A stretch of DNA of 64,000 nt from Octopus sinensis. Its lineage: Eukaryota. Location of the stretch: assembly GCF_006345805.1 (NCBI RefSeq), contig NC_043000.1, forward strand, positions 18,538,001 through 18,602,000, in the 5' to 3' direction. Of this stretch, positions 26,606-36,560 are shown piece by piece. A model generated the notes under the pieces. That model ran no database searches, was not told where the DNA came from, and saw nothing but the letters and a program-made list of their open reading frames with translations. The translations under genes were made by a program, and so were the position numbers. How positions within the stretch are numbered: the stretch's first letter is position 1; each line of letters begins with the position of its first letter.

Positions 26606-29600
26606 AGAGTCCCAGAAGCTTATAACTTTGAACAATTCAAAGGCATTGACTGGTCAGAACAATCAGCTACGTCTTCCGATGAATTGCGAAGGATAGTAAG
26701 AGATGACTCAGTAGAACTTCTTAAAGAATACCTGGAAAATAAGTCAGATTCTCTGAAACAACGTGCCTTGCAATATGCTATGGAAGATAACCAAATCGAA
26801 ACAATCAAGTGTCTAATTGAATATTTAGATGAATATATCTTGCTTAAGAAATATGACCTAGTTAGAAATGAAGGAATTATTGAGAAAAGTTTATTACAAT
26901 ATATAACTGAATCAAACGATAAAGATATGGCAAAATGTTTCTTAGACAAATTCCCAAAGGAAAAACGTCCGGAAATCATTCTACAAGAAATTCTTATGAA
27001 TATTCCAGGGAAATCATTCCGAACAGCAACATGTTACCATTTAGCTGCTTATTTAGGCTTTAGTGAATTAACAAATTTCTATAAATCGCAGGGAATTACC
27101 GTGGATAGTAAAACTTTGATGGAAGAAACTGCGTTAATGTGGGCGACACGGGGTGATCAAAAGTTACTAATTCAAGAGCTTATAAGAATGGGTGCTTGCC
27201 CATTTTTAAAAAACGTTAATGGGTGTACAGCACTTCGTTGGGCAGTACGTTATGGATACATTGAATGTGTCAACATTCTTTTAGGACATTTTACAAATGA
27301 ACATAAATCAGATTTAATATCATCTCTTAATCTTGCATCAGCTTTCGGCTACAGTCAAATCGTTGAATCGATAATTGCCTCATCTCTGATTGATGTGAAC
27401 ACCCCTGACTGCTACCAGCAATATCCTATTCATTATGCAGCGAATAAAGGTAACGAAGATGTCTTACAACTTTTAATCCAGAATAAGGCAGACCTTAATG
27501 TAACAAATGCAAAAGGCGATACAGCTTTGTTTTTGGCAATACAAAATGATCAGATGCATATAGTTCGGATGCTGATAGAATTTGGTTGTGAAGTCTATCT
27601 CAAGAATATGGAAGGCAAGGATATTTGGTCCTTTGCACTACTTAAGAGAGATAAAGCCTGTTTTCAAGGTCTCATACATATTATTACGGAAAAAATTATT
27701 AATGGAAGCACCGAGTTGGAGATGCTATTTAACACTCGATCACCTGTGTTTGAAATTGCAAAAAATGGAGATTTAAGTGGACTAGAGATTTTAGAAGAAC
27801 GTAAATTAGATATGAAAATAAAAGATGAGGATGGTAATACAATACTGCATATTGCCGCTCAAGGAAAGCATCATGCAATCGTGGACCGTTTTAAGGACCC
27901 AAATTTCCTTAATGAACAAAATAATAATGAGGAAACCGCGCTTCATTTAGCTGTTTCGACTGGAAGTTTTGAAACAATAAATGCGTTTCTTAAATTAGGA
28001 GCAAAAGCTAATATTAAAAATTGCAATGGGGAAACAATTTTGCATATTGCTGCAAAATCTAAAAACACTTCTGCTGAAGTCATGAGGCTTTTAGTTAATT
28101 ACGTGATGAACAGACATTCTTGGGATAATTTAAATGATACTGATAAGGAAGGAAGAAATGCCCTTCATGTGGCTGCACTATATAGCTCACCAGGCGTTAT
28201 TTGGGAATGCCGTATTTTGAACTGTAATACATCTGATATAAATGGTGATACCCCATATCATCTAGCTATTCGTGCAAAGCAACCAGAAATCTTTCAGAAG
28301 ATGCTTGATATTTATGAGTTTAAAATGAACAAAGCAGACCTCAACAAAAGGAATAATGAAGGAGAAACTGTAGTTTTTAAAGCCATTGAAAATAGTTTTT
28401 TATGTTGCTTTGAAAGGTTACTTCAACACAATATTGATTTAACATTAAAGTACAAAGAGAAAGAAAATACTGTCCTCCATCATTTAGTTAAAATTTGCAT
28501 CAAAAACAGTGAATGTCTCGAATTTTTCGACGTACTTCATGATCATTTTACTTCTAAAAATAACTTGAAATTTTCTTCCAAAGATTTCAGAAAATTAATT
28601 TTTGAAGTGAAGAACAAAAAACAGTTATGTGTGTTTAGTTTGGCTTTCATAAAATGTGCTAAAGACATTATAGAAAAACTGATGACACTAAAATATGTAA
28701 CGCAGTTTGATATAGGCGAACGTAAGTATTTTGATGTGACACAAATCCTGTTAAACCATGATATGTATTTCAAAAGCATTAAAAGAAACTCTGATACAAG
28801 TATGCCTTCTAATAGCGCCTTTGAAATATTTCTTAATATGGAAACTAAGCCAGCGCTTGGGGAACTTTTCACTATCTTACCATTAAAACATATTGCAGAG
28901 GTATACGAAAAAATGAATCATGATCTGTGTATCGTGGCAATGGCAGTGCATTTTTCACATATGATCTTATTGACTTATACTGCCAATTGCCTGGTGAAAT
29001 ATAGAATAGATGAAGCAGAGAACATTAACTTAAACCCTATAATTATTTGTAGCTTATGTGAACCAGTTGTAATCCTAATTTTCTGTCTGATATCTTCGTT
29101 CCGTTCTACCTGCAATTATTTAGGATATCAAGGACGTGATGAGGAGCCTGAAGAAGATGATAAAAATCATCATCAAAACAATATGATATGCTCATCGGCA
29201 GACAAAAATTCTTTTCGATATAAATTAAAAAAATTGAGAAAATATGTAAAAAAAAAATTTGCATTAACAACAATAATGTCCATTTATTCAGTACTTTCTA
29301 TCGCATGGATTATTCAGCTATGGACAAATGATCCAGACTACTACTTTTGTTTAGGTGTAGTTTTATGCTATGGTTGGCTTCTTGGCATAACTTTTATACG
29401 AGGTTTTAAACCATTGCATTACTTTTGGCGTGTGCTATCAGAAATGATTGAAAGGGACATTCTCAGGTTTTTTGGCATGTACGCGTGCGTTTTATTAGCT
29501 TTTTCGCTTTTATTTCATATCTGGTTAAATGGTTCCGGTAAAATTAAGGACGACAGCCCTTGGTTAACAATCTTTGCACTGTTTAATCTATTGTTAGGAA

Positions 29601-29962
29601 TGGAAGAAATATTTGAATATAATTTGAAAGATGCCCTGAATGAAGTCAGTTTACTGACTGACCTTTACAAAGTATTATATTGCTTATATTTTATAACAGG
29701 CGTCATTATTTTTATAAATCTTCTGACGGCAATGTTAAATGATACTTATTCAGTTATTAAATCAAGAAACGAACTTAACTGGCAAATAGATTCAATCAAA
29801 CAAGCCATTCGAGTTGAGAAGATTCTTCCTTGCGTAAGATCATTCTTCTATACTAGAAAGATTAAAAGAATGAAATGTCTTGATAATGAGGACGATTCGA
29901 TTAAATATTACGCTATTTTATCATTTAACAAAAACAAAAACAAACAATCAAAAATGAAATAA
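26606..29962 (+). CDS. Transient receptor potential cation channel: TRPV-type TM/pore region with ~16-18 N-terminal ankyrin repeats (main exon)
   Basis: 1118 open codons after the acceptor tttttgcag. Many ankyrin motifs (TALMWA, TALRWA, YPIHYAA, TILHIAA, TALHLAV, NTVLHHLV), six hydrophobic segments, and TRPV-like FIRGF...MIERDILRFF, pore LFNLLLGMEE and S6/TRP box NLLTAMLNDTY...NWQ. Confidence 0.93.
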   Translation, partial: RVPEAYNFEQFKGIDWSEQSATSSDELRRIVRDDSVELLKEYLENKSDSLKQRALQYAMEDNQIETIKCLIEYLDEYILLKKYDLVRNEGIIEKSLLQYITESNDKDMAKCFLDKFPKEKRPEIILQEILMNIPGKSFRTATCYHLAAYLGFSELTNFYKSQGITVDSKTLMEETALMWATRGDQKLLIQELIRMGACPFLKNVNGCTALRWAVRYGYIECVNILLGHFTNEHKSDLISSLNLASAFGYSQIVESIIASSLIDVNTPDCYQQYPIHYAANKGNEDVLQLLIQNKADLNVTNAKGDTALFLAIQNDQMHIVRMLIEFGCEVYLKNMEGKDIWSFALLKRDKACFQGLIHIITEKIINGSTELEMLFNTRSPVFEIAKNGDLSGLEILEERKLDMKIKDEDGNTILHIAAQGKHHAIVDRFKDPNFLNEQNNNEETALHLAVSTGSFETINAFLKLGAKANIKNCNGETILHIAAKSKNTSAEVMRLLVNYVMNRHSWDNLNDTDKEGRNALHVAALYSSPGVIWECRILNCNTSDINGDTPYHLAIRAKQPEIFQKMLDIYEFKMNKADLNKRNNEGETVVFKAIENSFLCCFERLLQHNIDLTLKYKEKENTVLHHLVKICIKNSECLEFFDVLHDHFTSKNNLKFSSKDFRKLIFEVKNKKQLCVFSLAFIKCAKDIIEKLMTLKYVTQFDIGERKYFDVTQILLNHDMYFKSIKRNSDTSMPSNSAFEIFLNMETKPALGELFTILPLKHIAEVYEKMNHDLCIVAMAVHFSHMILLTYTANCLVKYRIDEAENINLNPIIICSLCEPVVILIFCLISSFRSTCNYLGYQGRDEEPEEDDKNHHQNNMICSSADKNSFRYKLKKLRKYVKKKFALTTIMSIYSVLSIAWIIQLWTNDPDYYFCLGVVLCYGWLLGITFIRGFKPLHYFWRVLSEMIERDILRFFGMYACVLLAFSLLFHIWLNGSGKIKDDSPWLTIFALFNLLLGMEEIFEYNLKDALNEVSLLTDLYKVLYCLYFITGVIIFINLLTAMLNDTYSVIKSRNELNWQIDSIKQAIRVEKILPCVRSFFYTRKIKRMKCLDNEDDSIKYYAILSFNKNKNKQSKMK

Positions 29963-29996
29963 ATGGGAAGTTAGTCATTCTTACAGAATCCATTAG

Positions 29997-30183
29997 GGAT
30001 CTTTTCGGTTTGAGGGCCAGATTTTCCTAGTTAACTAAACAATTTGAAACTTCGTATACTGGTAGAATGTGTCAAAAGAAAATATAATTGTAAACCAAAA
30101 TGAAAACGGAATTGTAATTTCTAATTACAATTTCAAATTGTTTAGTTAACTAGGAAAATCTGGCCTTCAAACTGAAAAGATTC
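29997..30183. mobile_element. Short MITE of the 5752-6394 family, 35 nt after the TRP stop codon
   Basis: GGATCTTTTCGGTTTGA...TCAAACTGAAAAGATTC, ~53-bp TIRs, shared internal aaacttcgtatactggtagaatgtgt. Confidence 0.85.
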
Positions 30184-30718
30184 TCCATGGTTTAGTTTTA
30201 GTTTGGATATCAAAGAACCAAAGAAAGTGCAGATATCAATGGAAAATATTCGAAAGATATTTCATCAGAATAATAGATGAAATAAATATATAAATATGTG
30301 TACACACACACGCACACACGGACGCGCACACGCACACACACACACTGTTAAAAGAAAAAAGGATTAAAAGATCCTGGTAGATATCAATAAAGCACTCAGT
30401 AGTAAAAGAATCGGGCTACAAAAGTTCAACAATAAGGCACCAGTAAATGTAAATAAAATACATATCTCAGGTAAATCCTCATGCATAACAGGTAAATCCA
30501 AATATCCTTTGGCAGAATTTCGAGAAATTCAGAGTATTCGACAACAAAAAATATTAGAAAATTACCATTTTCAAATCTCACAACGTGAGATATTCAGCAA
30601 CAGTACTTAGTAGTAAAGATTGTTTGCCAACATAACATGGCAGTCCTGGTGTAGGACGAATGTTGCTGTAATTTAGCTCCAGGAGATATCGTCTCCAGCT
30701 GGCTATATGACATGATCT

Positions 30719-30942
30719 CTTTTACTCTTTTACTTGTTTCAGTCATTTGACTGCGGCCATGCTGGAGCACCGCCTTTAGTCGAGCAAATCGACCCCAGGA
30801 CTTATTCTTTGTAAGCCTAGTACTTATTCTATCGGTCTCTTTTGCCGAACCGCTAAGTGACGGGGACGTAAACACACCAGCATCGGTTGTCAAGCAATGC
30901 TAGGGGGACAAACACAGACACACAAACACACACAGGCATATA

Positions 30943-30987
<45 letters not shown>

Positions 30988-31152
30988 TACGACAGGCTTC
31001 TTTCAGTTTCCGTCTACCAAATCCACTCACAAGGCATTGGTCGGCCCTGGCCTATAGCAGAAGACACTTGCCCAAGATGCCACGCAGTGGGACTGAACCC
31101 GGAACCATGTGGTTGGTTAGCAATCTACTTACCACACAGCCACTCCTGCGCC
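30719..31152 (-). mobile_element. SINE family A inserted in the fold-back arm
   Basis: Reverse complement of 18422-18820. Confidence 0.93.
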
Positions 31153-31197
31153 TGTGTCCTTACATTTTCTAACGTCCCCACTCTGCTCAAAGCAATA

Positions 31198-31239
31198 TGT
31201 GTATCGTGATTTCTGGGTTATTTCTCTTCATCAGCACAG
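31198..31239 (-). ncRNA. Minimal hammerhead ribozyme (left arm)
   Basis: Minus strand: ctgtg-CTGATGA-A-GAG aaataa CCC-A-GAAA-TCACGA-TA-caca. Confidence 0.6.
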
Positions 31240-31252
31240 AATAATTGCTCGG

Positions 31253-31295
31253 CTGTGCTGATGAAGGGAAATAACCCAGAAATCGCTATACACAG
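31253..31295 (+). ncRNA. Minimal hammerhead ribozyme (right arm)
   Basis: ctgtg-CTGATGA-A-GGG aaataa CCC-A-GAAA-TCGCTA-TA-cacag. The two arms imply an ancestral TCGCGA palindrome. Confidence 0.7.
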
Positions 31296-31635
31296 ATATT
31301 GTTTTGAGCTGAGTTGGTGCTGCTAGATTCCCTTGTTCGAAAATATAAGGACACAGATCGTTTCGTATAGCCAGCTGGAGACGATGTCTCCTGGGGCTAA
31401 ATTACAGCAACATTAGTTCTAAACCTGAACTGCCATGTTATGTTGGCAATCAATATTTACTACAACAACAAATATGTATGGAGAAAATTACTTCTTTATT
31501 ATAGCTCTCATCTTATAAAGCCGACAATTGTTCCTATTGTATTAACACACACACACACACACACAAACACACTCACACACATACAGGCTCTTGCAGATAA
31601 ACTGAAACAATTTTTACGATGCATAAAACTGGTTA

Positions 31636-32028
31636 TCTTTATATATAAAAGAAAGGTTGTGTGTCTGTCTACTCTGATTTAGATTCCTAACTACTCCCAC
31701 ATTTTGCGGTGCAGTTTAACCAAAACCGGGTATCTTATAGTCGTGATTCATATCGAGCCATTCTAGGTATTAGCACGCGTCTACGATGAGTCTACGATTT
31801 TAAAAATAATTTACCATAATTTTTTTACATTTTAATGCATATTTTTTTAAATATAAGGGAAGTAACTCTCTAAAAATGTCTAAGATGAGTCAACGATTAT
31901 TAAAAAAATTTACCATAATTTTTTTTCCATTTTTAATGCATTTTTTGCTATTTTTTGGCTATAACTCTCTAAAAATGCTTTATAGTTATTTCCCTTACAA
32001 ACCCGAGCAACGCTGGGCGATACTGCTA

Positions 32029-32029
<1 letters not shown>
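31636..32029 (+). mobile_element. Non-autonomous Helitron
   Basis: A|TC 5' end, subterminal GC hairpin cccgagcaacgctggg, CTAG|T 3' end, no TSD; homologous to 48993-49393. Confidence 0.85.
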
Positions 32030-32091
<62 letters not shown>

Positions 32092-32150
32092 TATTATATA
32101 TATTATATATATATACACATATATATTACACACACACACATATATATATA

Positions 32151-32727
32151 TAATTTATAAACAAGGGCAAAAGAAAAAATATTTCTATGCCAATATGCTG
32201 AGAACAGATTTTAAATCGTCAATCACCACATTACAATATACATTCACTATAAATACACGTCGTGCTGGAATCGAGGAAAGCAGGCTAACAGAATTTTTTT
32301 AAAAATTCATTATTTCTATATTGAATCAATTTCAGGATTAATCCTATGGATTTTCCCCCTCTTCAGTAGAAAATACGGTAAGAAATAAATGAAATATTTA
32401 CAAGCACCTAGGGGAAAAAAGCAGAAGTATGAGTCATGAGTACACCGGATTAATCCCGAAATTGATTCAAAATAGAAATAACAAATTAAAAAAAAATTCT
32501 GTTAGCTTGCTTCCCTCGACTTCAGCACAATGTGTATTTATAGTGAATGTATATTGTAAAGTGGTGATTGACGATTTAAAGCCTGTTCTCAGCATATTAG
32601 CATAGAAATCTTTTTTCTTTTGCCCTTGTTTATAAATTGTTTATAATTCTCACCTTTAAAGGTATTTTAATAAGCTGCCACTTTTGATGAAATTTTCTCT
32701 GGAAAAATTTTTTTTATCCTATGTTAG

Positions 32728-32728
<1 letters not shown>
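32151..32728. mobile_element. Penelope-like pseudo-LTR with ~190-bp inverted arms
   Basis: ~32151-32344 is the reverse complement of ~32447-32640; homologous to 2861-3330; flanked by (TA)n. Confidence 0.8.
32314..32371 (-). ncRNA. Type I hammerhead ribozyme
   Basis: Minus strand: ttcta-CTGAAGA-GGGG...TCCT-GAAA-TTGA t TCAA-TA-tagaa; covaries with the 3056 copy. Confidence 0.85.
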
Positions 32729-32762
<34 letters not shown>

Positions 32763-32770
<8 letters not shown>

Positions 32771-34415
32771 TAAATTAGAGATAAAACCATTACTAGGCAA
32801 ATCAAACAGTGAAAATCATAAGCCAATACATAAAAATAAAATTAATTAAAAAATATATAAAAATATAAAATATAAAAATCCAATTAAAATATTTGAATTA
32901 AAGTTAAAAATTAAAAAAATTATTTAAATTAATAATTTAAACTTATAAATTATAAATATATATATATATTTATTATTATTTTATTTAATTATTTTTTTTA
33001 TTTATATTTTTTATTTTATTTTATTTTAATTTTTATTTTTTAATATTTTTTATATTTTTATATTTATTTATTTTTTTTATAAACTATCAAAAAGTATTAA
33101 AAGTTTAATAAGATAAAGAGTAAAAACACTACGATCATTTCATGCCCGTAACCAATTCGAATTACAATAATTTAAATTCAATTAATAATTCGAGTTATGG
33201 TTACAGTCAATCTTCAGGTTAATTGTAATATTTTAATAAATAATCAAAAATATTTAAACAACATTTTTTAAGAAATAAATAATATAATAAATTTTCTTAT
33301 AAAAAACTCTATTATCAAACTAGAAACTTAACGGTTATGATTATGTCAAAGCAACGATTATAATGTTAAATATTAATTTTAATTTTTAAGGTAAGAAACC
33401 CACCAATAATCTAATATCAGTAGTAGTCAATATCTAATTACATAAATATTTTACAAAAAAAATGATTATTCATATTATTAAAATATAAAATTTAAATAAT
33501 ATATAAATTATCAATGAAAATATATAAATGTATATAAATATATAAATATATAATTAAGATCTAAATAATCTCTATAAATAAATATATATGCACATATAAT
33601 AAGACCTAATAAATTAATTTTACATATTTAAAGATGAAATAGCTAATTTCAAAAATACAAACAAACCATCTTAAACGAACGCTATAGTAAATTAACTATC
33701 TTTATCTCTTTGGCTAAATAATAACTTTCAAAAATCTTATCTTTAAAGTACTTAAAGAAATAATCAATTCGTAGTTATATAGTAACAAATAAATACTATA
33801 AATATATTTATCAATGGGAATAATGTAACTAGCAAATAACAATTTAAAAAGACAATATATAAGTTAAAATAATAATTATAAGAAATTTAAAACTACAATT
33901 AATGCTATTAATACATGTATATACATGAATCTAACTTATACAAACTCATATACTTGCTATCAAACAACATATCTATCGCTAAGTAAATTCTTACGAATAA
34001 ACTTAAAGTTAATATCTAATAATTATATAGAAAATTACGATAATTGGATAAACAACGATATATATATAAAAAAACAATAATATTATACCATGAGACTTAT
34101 AAATATTAAAATTTAAAGATCTTAAATATAAATATATACTTATCTTAGCGAGGTTTTGTAATGAACTCTTTTTTTAATTCTTTTAATTTTTAACTTTAAT
34201 TTAAATATTTTAATTGGATTTTTATATTTTATATTTTTTATATATTTTTTAATTAATTTTATTTCTATGTATTGGCTTATGATTTTCACTGTTTGATTTG
34301 CCTAGTACTAGTTTTATCTCTAATTTAATATAATATATATTTATACTATAAAATTAGATTTAATCCTAAATCTAATTTTCCCCTGTAAGTTTGGATTTAC
34401 TCCCTAATATTATTA
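32763..34415. mobile_element. Very AT-rich element with ~170-bp inverted arms (Penelope-like); partial copies at ~23103-23440 and ~37909-38020
   Basis: ~32763-32925 is the reverse complement of ~34170-34335; the shared ttagggaataaatccaaacttacagggaaaa terminus recurs; contains a hammerhead-like motif. Confidence 0.7.
33128..33219 (-). ncRNA. Hammerhead-like motif with long stem II
   Basis: Minus strand: ac-CTGAAGA-TTGACTGTAACCA...TGGTTACGGGCAT-GAAA-TGATCG-TA-gt. Confidence 0.55.
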
Positions 34416-34709
34416 TTATTATTATATATATATACATATATTAAATATATATATTCTTTTTTCTTATTCTTTTTACTTGTTTCAGTTATTTGACTGCGGT
34501 CATGCTGGAGCACCACCTTCAGTCGAACTAGTCGACCCAAGGTTTATTCTTTGTAAGCCTTGTACTTATTCTATCGGTCACTTTTGCTAAACCGCTAAGT
34601 TACGGGGACTTGGAGACACCAACATCGGTTGTCAAATTATGGTGGGGGGACCAACACAGACACACACACATATACATACATACATATACATATATATATA
34701 TATATATAT

Positions 34710-34740
<31 letters not shown>

Positions 34741-34741
<1 letters not shown>

Positions 34742-35393
34742 CAATATTTAAATAATGAGGGAGATAAATTAATATTAATTTTAATATCAATTTAAAACCA
34801 GTAGTCTAGCATACAAAAAATCTGAGAAATCAGAGAAAATTCTAATATATGTGTATATTGGCAGGGCAAGACTGCTAGGTAGTCGGCCGTATGCTAGAAA
34901 CAGATCATCAACGATCAAACTACAAAGAAAGTTCTCTAGAGGAAAAATTCAGCGAACACCAGAACCAAATTTGGCGGGCAGGACAGATGAAAATTTATAT
35001 AAAAAACAGAATTAACTGCATACCTCGGTTTCGGTCTTTAACAAAAGAATTACTTACATAATTCAAATGTCCGTGGCCTCATCAGTACAATCGTTCAGTG
35101 TAAATTCAATTTGAAAAACTAACCCCAGCTTTCTGTGCCAAAACAGACACGTGTTTAGTTTTACCGATTACATTAGGGATAAAATTTCAAATGTCTTAGT
35201 TCCGGCACGCTAAAAAATTCATGAAGTGAAGAACTGCAGTAAATAATTCACTGCGGTTAGTGCTTGCTACTAGAGAACGTATTTATTTCAATATTTAAAT
35301 AATGAGGGAGATAAATTAATATTAATTTTAATATCAATTTAAAACCAGTAGTCTAGCATACAAAAAATCTGAAAAATCAGAGAAAATTCTAAT
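34741..35393 (-). mobile_element. Partial-tandem Penelope-like pseudo-LTR
   Basis: A ~106-bp near-perfect direct repeat at 34741-34846 and 35288-35393 flanks the hammerhead at 35017. Confidence 0.75.
35017..35089 (-). ncRNA. Type I hammerhead ribozyme
   Basis: Minus strand: tgta-CTGATGA-GGCC...GACC-GAAA-CCGAGG-TA-tgca; GUA triplet. Confidence 0.7.
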
Positions 35394-35429
35394 TTGTAAA
35401 TATATATATATATATATATATACATATAT

Positions 35430-36560
35430 ACCCTCCAATACTTCCTCGACCGACGCCCTGACCCCACACCCAGCACCCCCACCCTTCTTTGCCTGGCCGA
35501 GCTCATCCTCACCCTCAACTACTTTACGTTCGCCGGGGAGACCTACCAACAGATGTCTGGGGTCGTGATGGGAACGAGAATGGGCCCTAATTTCGCCAAC
35601 CTCTTCGTTGGCTACATTGAGGCCCAGGCATTCTCCCAGTTCTCCGGGCCGACCCCAGAGCTATACGGTCGCTACATAAACGACTGTATAGGTGCCACCT
35701 CCCTCTCCCGCGAACAACTCTGTCACTCCATCTCTTTCCTCTCTAACTTCCACCCTTCTCTCCATTTCACTTCTACTATCTCTAATACCTCTGTTAACTT
35801 CCTCGACATCTCTCTTAGCATTGGCCACCCCTCCCACTCTCTCACCACCTCCGCCTTCTTCAAACCTACGGATTCCCACCTCTACCTCGACTTCTCCTCC
35901 TCCCATCCCTTCCACACCAAACGGGCCATCCCCTACTCCCAGTTCCTCCGCCTCCGACGCTTGTGCAGCTGTGACCAGGATTTTGAGACCCAGTCACAGT
36001 ACCTGGCCCGCCTGTTCAGGCATTGAGGATACCCCACGACCCTGGTCCAGAACGCCCTTGCCTGCGCTCGTCGAATCGACCGCACCACCGCCCTCTCTCC
36101 TTCCTCTCACCAACCCTCCTTTTCCACCCCTCCACTCTACCCCTTCGTCGGAGGATACTACGGGCCTTCCGTCGTCTCCAGGTCGACCCCACCACCTGCC
36201 CCTTTTCCCCCAACCCACCATTGTCCTCCTTCAAACGAGCCTGGAACCTCTTCCTCCTCAGCCCCCCCCCCCCATGGATCCTTCCCGTGCTCCAGATCCC
36301 GCTGCAACACCTGCCTCTTCATCACCAACATCACTGCTATCACCGGCTCCAACCAACGAACTGTACGTATAAGACATTCTTTTACGTGCACTTCATCTGG
36401 TCTCATTTACTGTATAAAATGCAACCTCTGTGGGATGCTTTATGTAGGTCAGGCGGGCCGCCGACTGGCCAACTGGTTCACCGAACATCTAAGGGGTGTT
36501 CGGCTACGTTCCAACTCTTCCGTCACCCGTCACTTCTGCTTCGCCAACCATTCCCCCTGT
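35430..36560 (+). mobile_element. Penelope-like element (Neptune-type) fragment: RT C-terminal half, Cys linker and GIY-YIG endonuclease; degraded
   Basis: GVVMGTRMGPNFANLF; YGRYIND (decayed YIDD); VNFLDI; KPTDSHLYLDFSSSHP; PCSRSRCNTC; FTCTSSGLIYCIKCNLCGMLYVGQ...TEH; stops and deletions present. Confidence 0.92.

Larger units (their letters stand above)
30600..31470. mobile_element. Fold-back Penelope-like pseudo-LTR cassette, left arm interrupted by a SINE
   Basis: ~30610-30718 plus 31153-31239 is the reverse complement of ~31253-31462; each arm carries a hammerhead. Confidence 0.8.
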
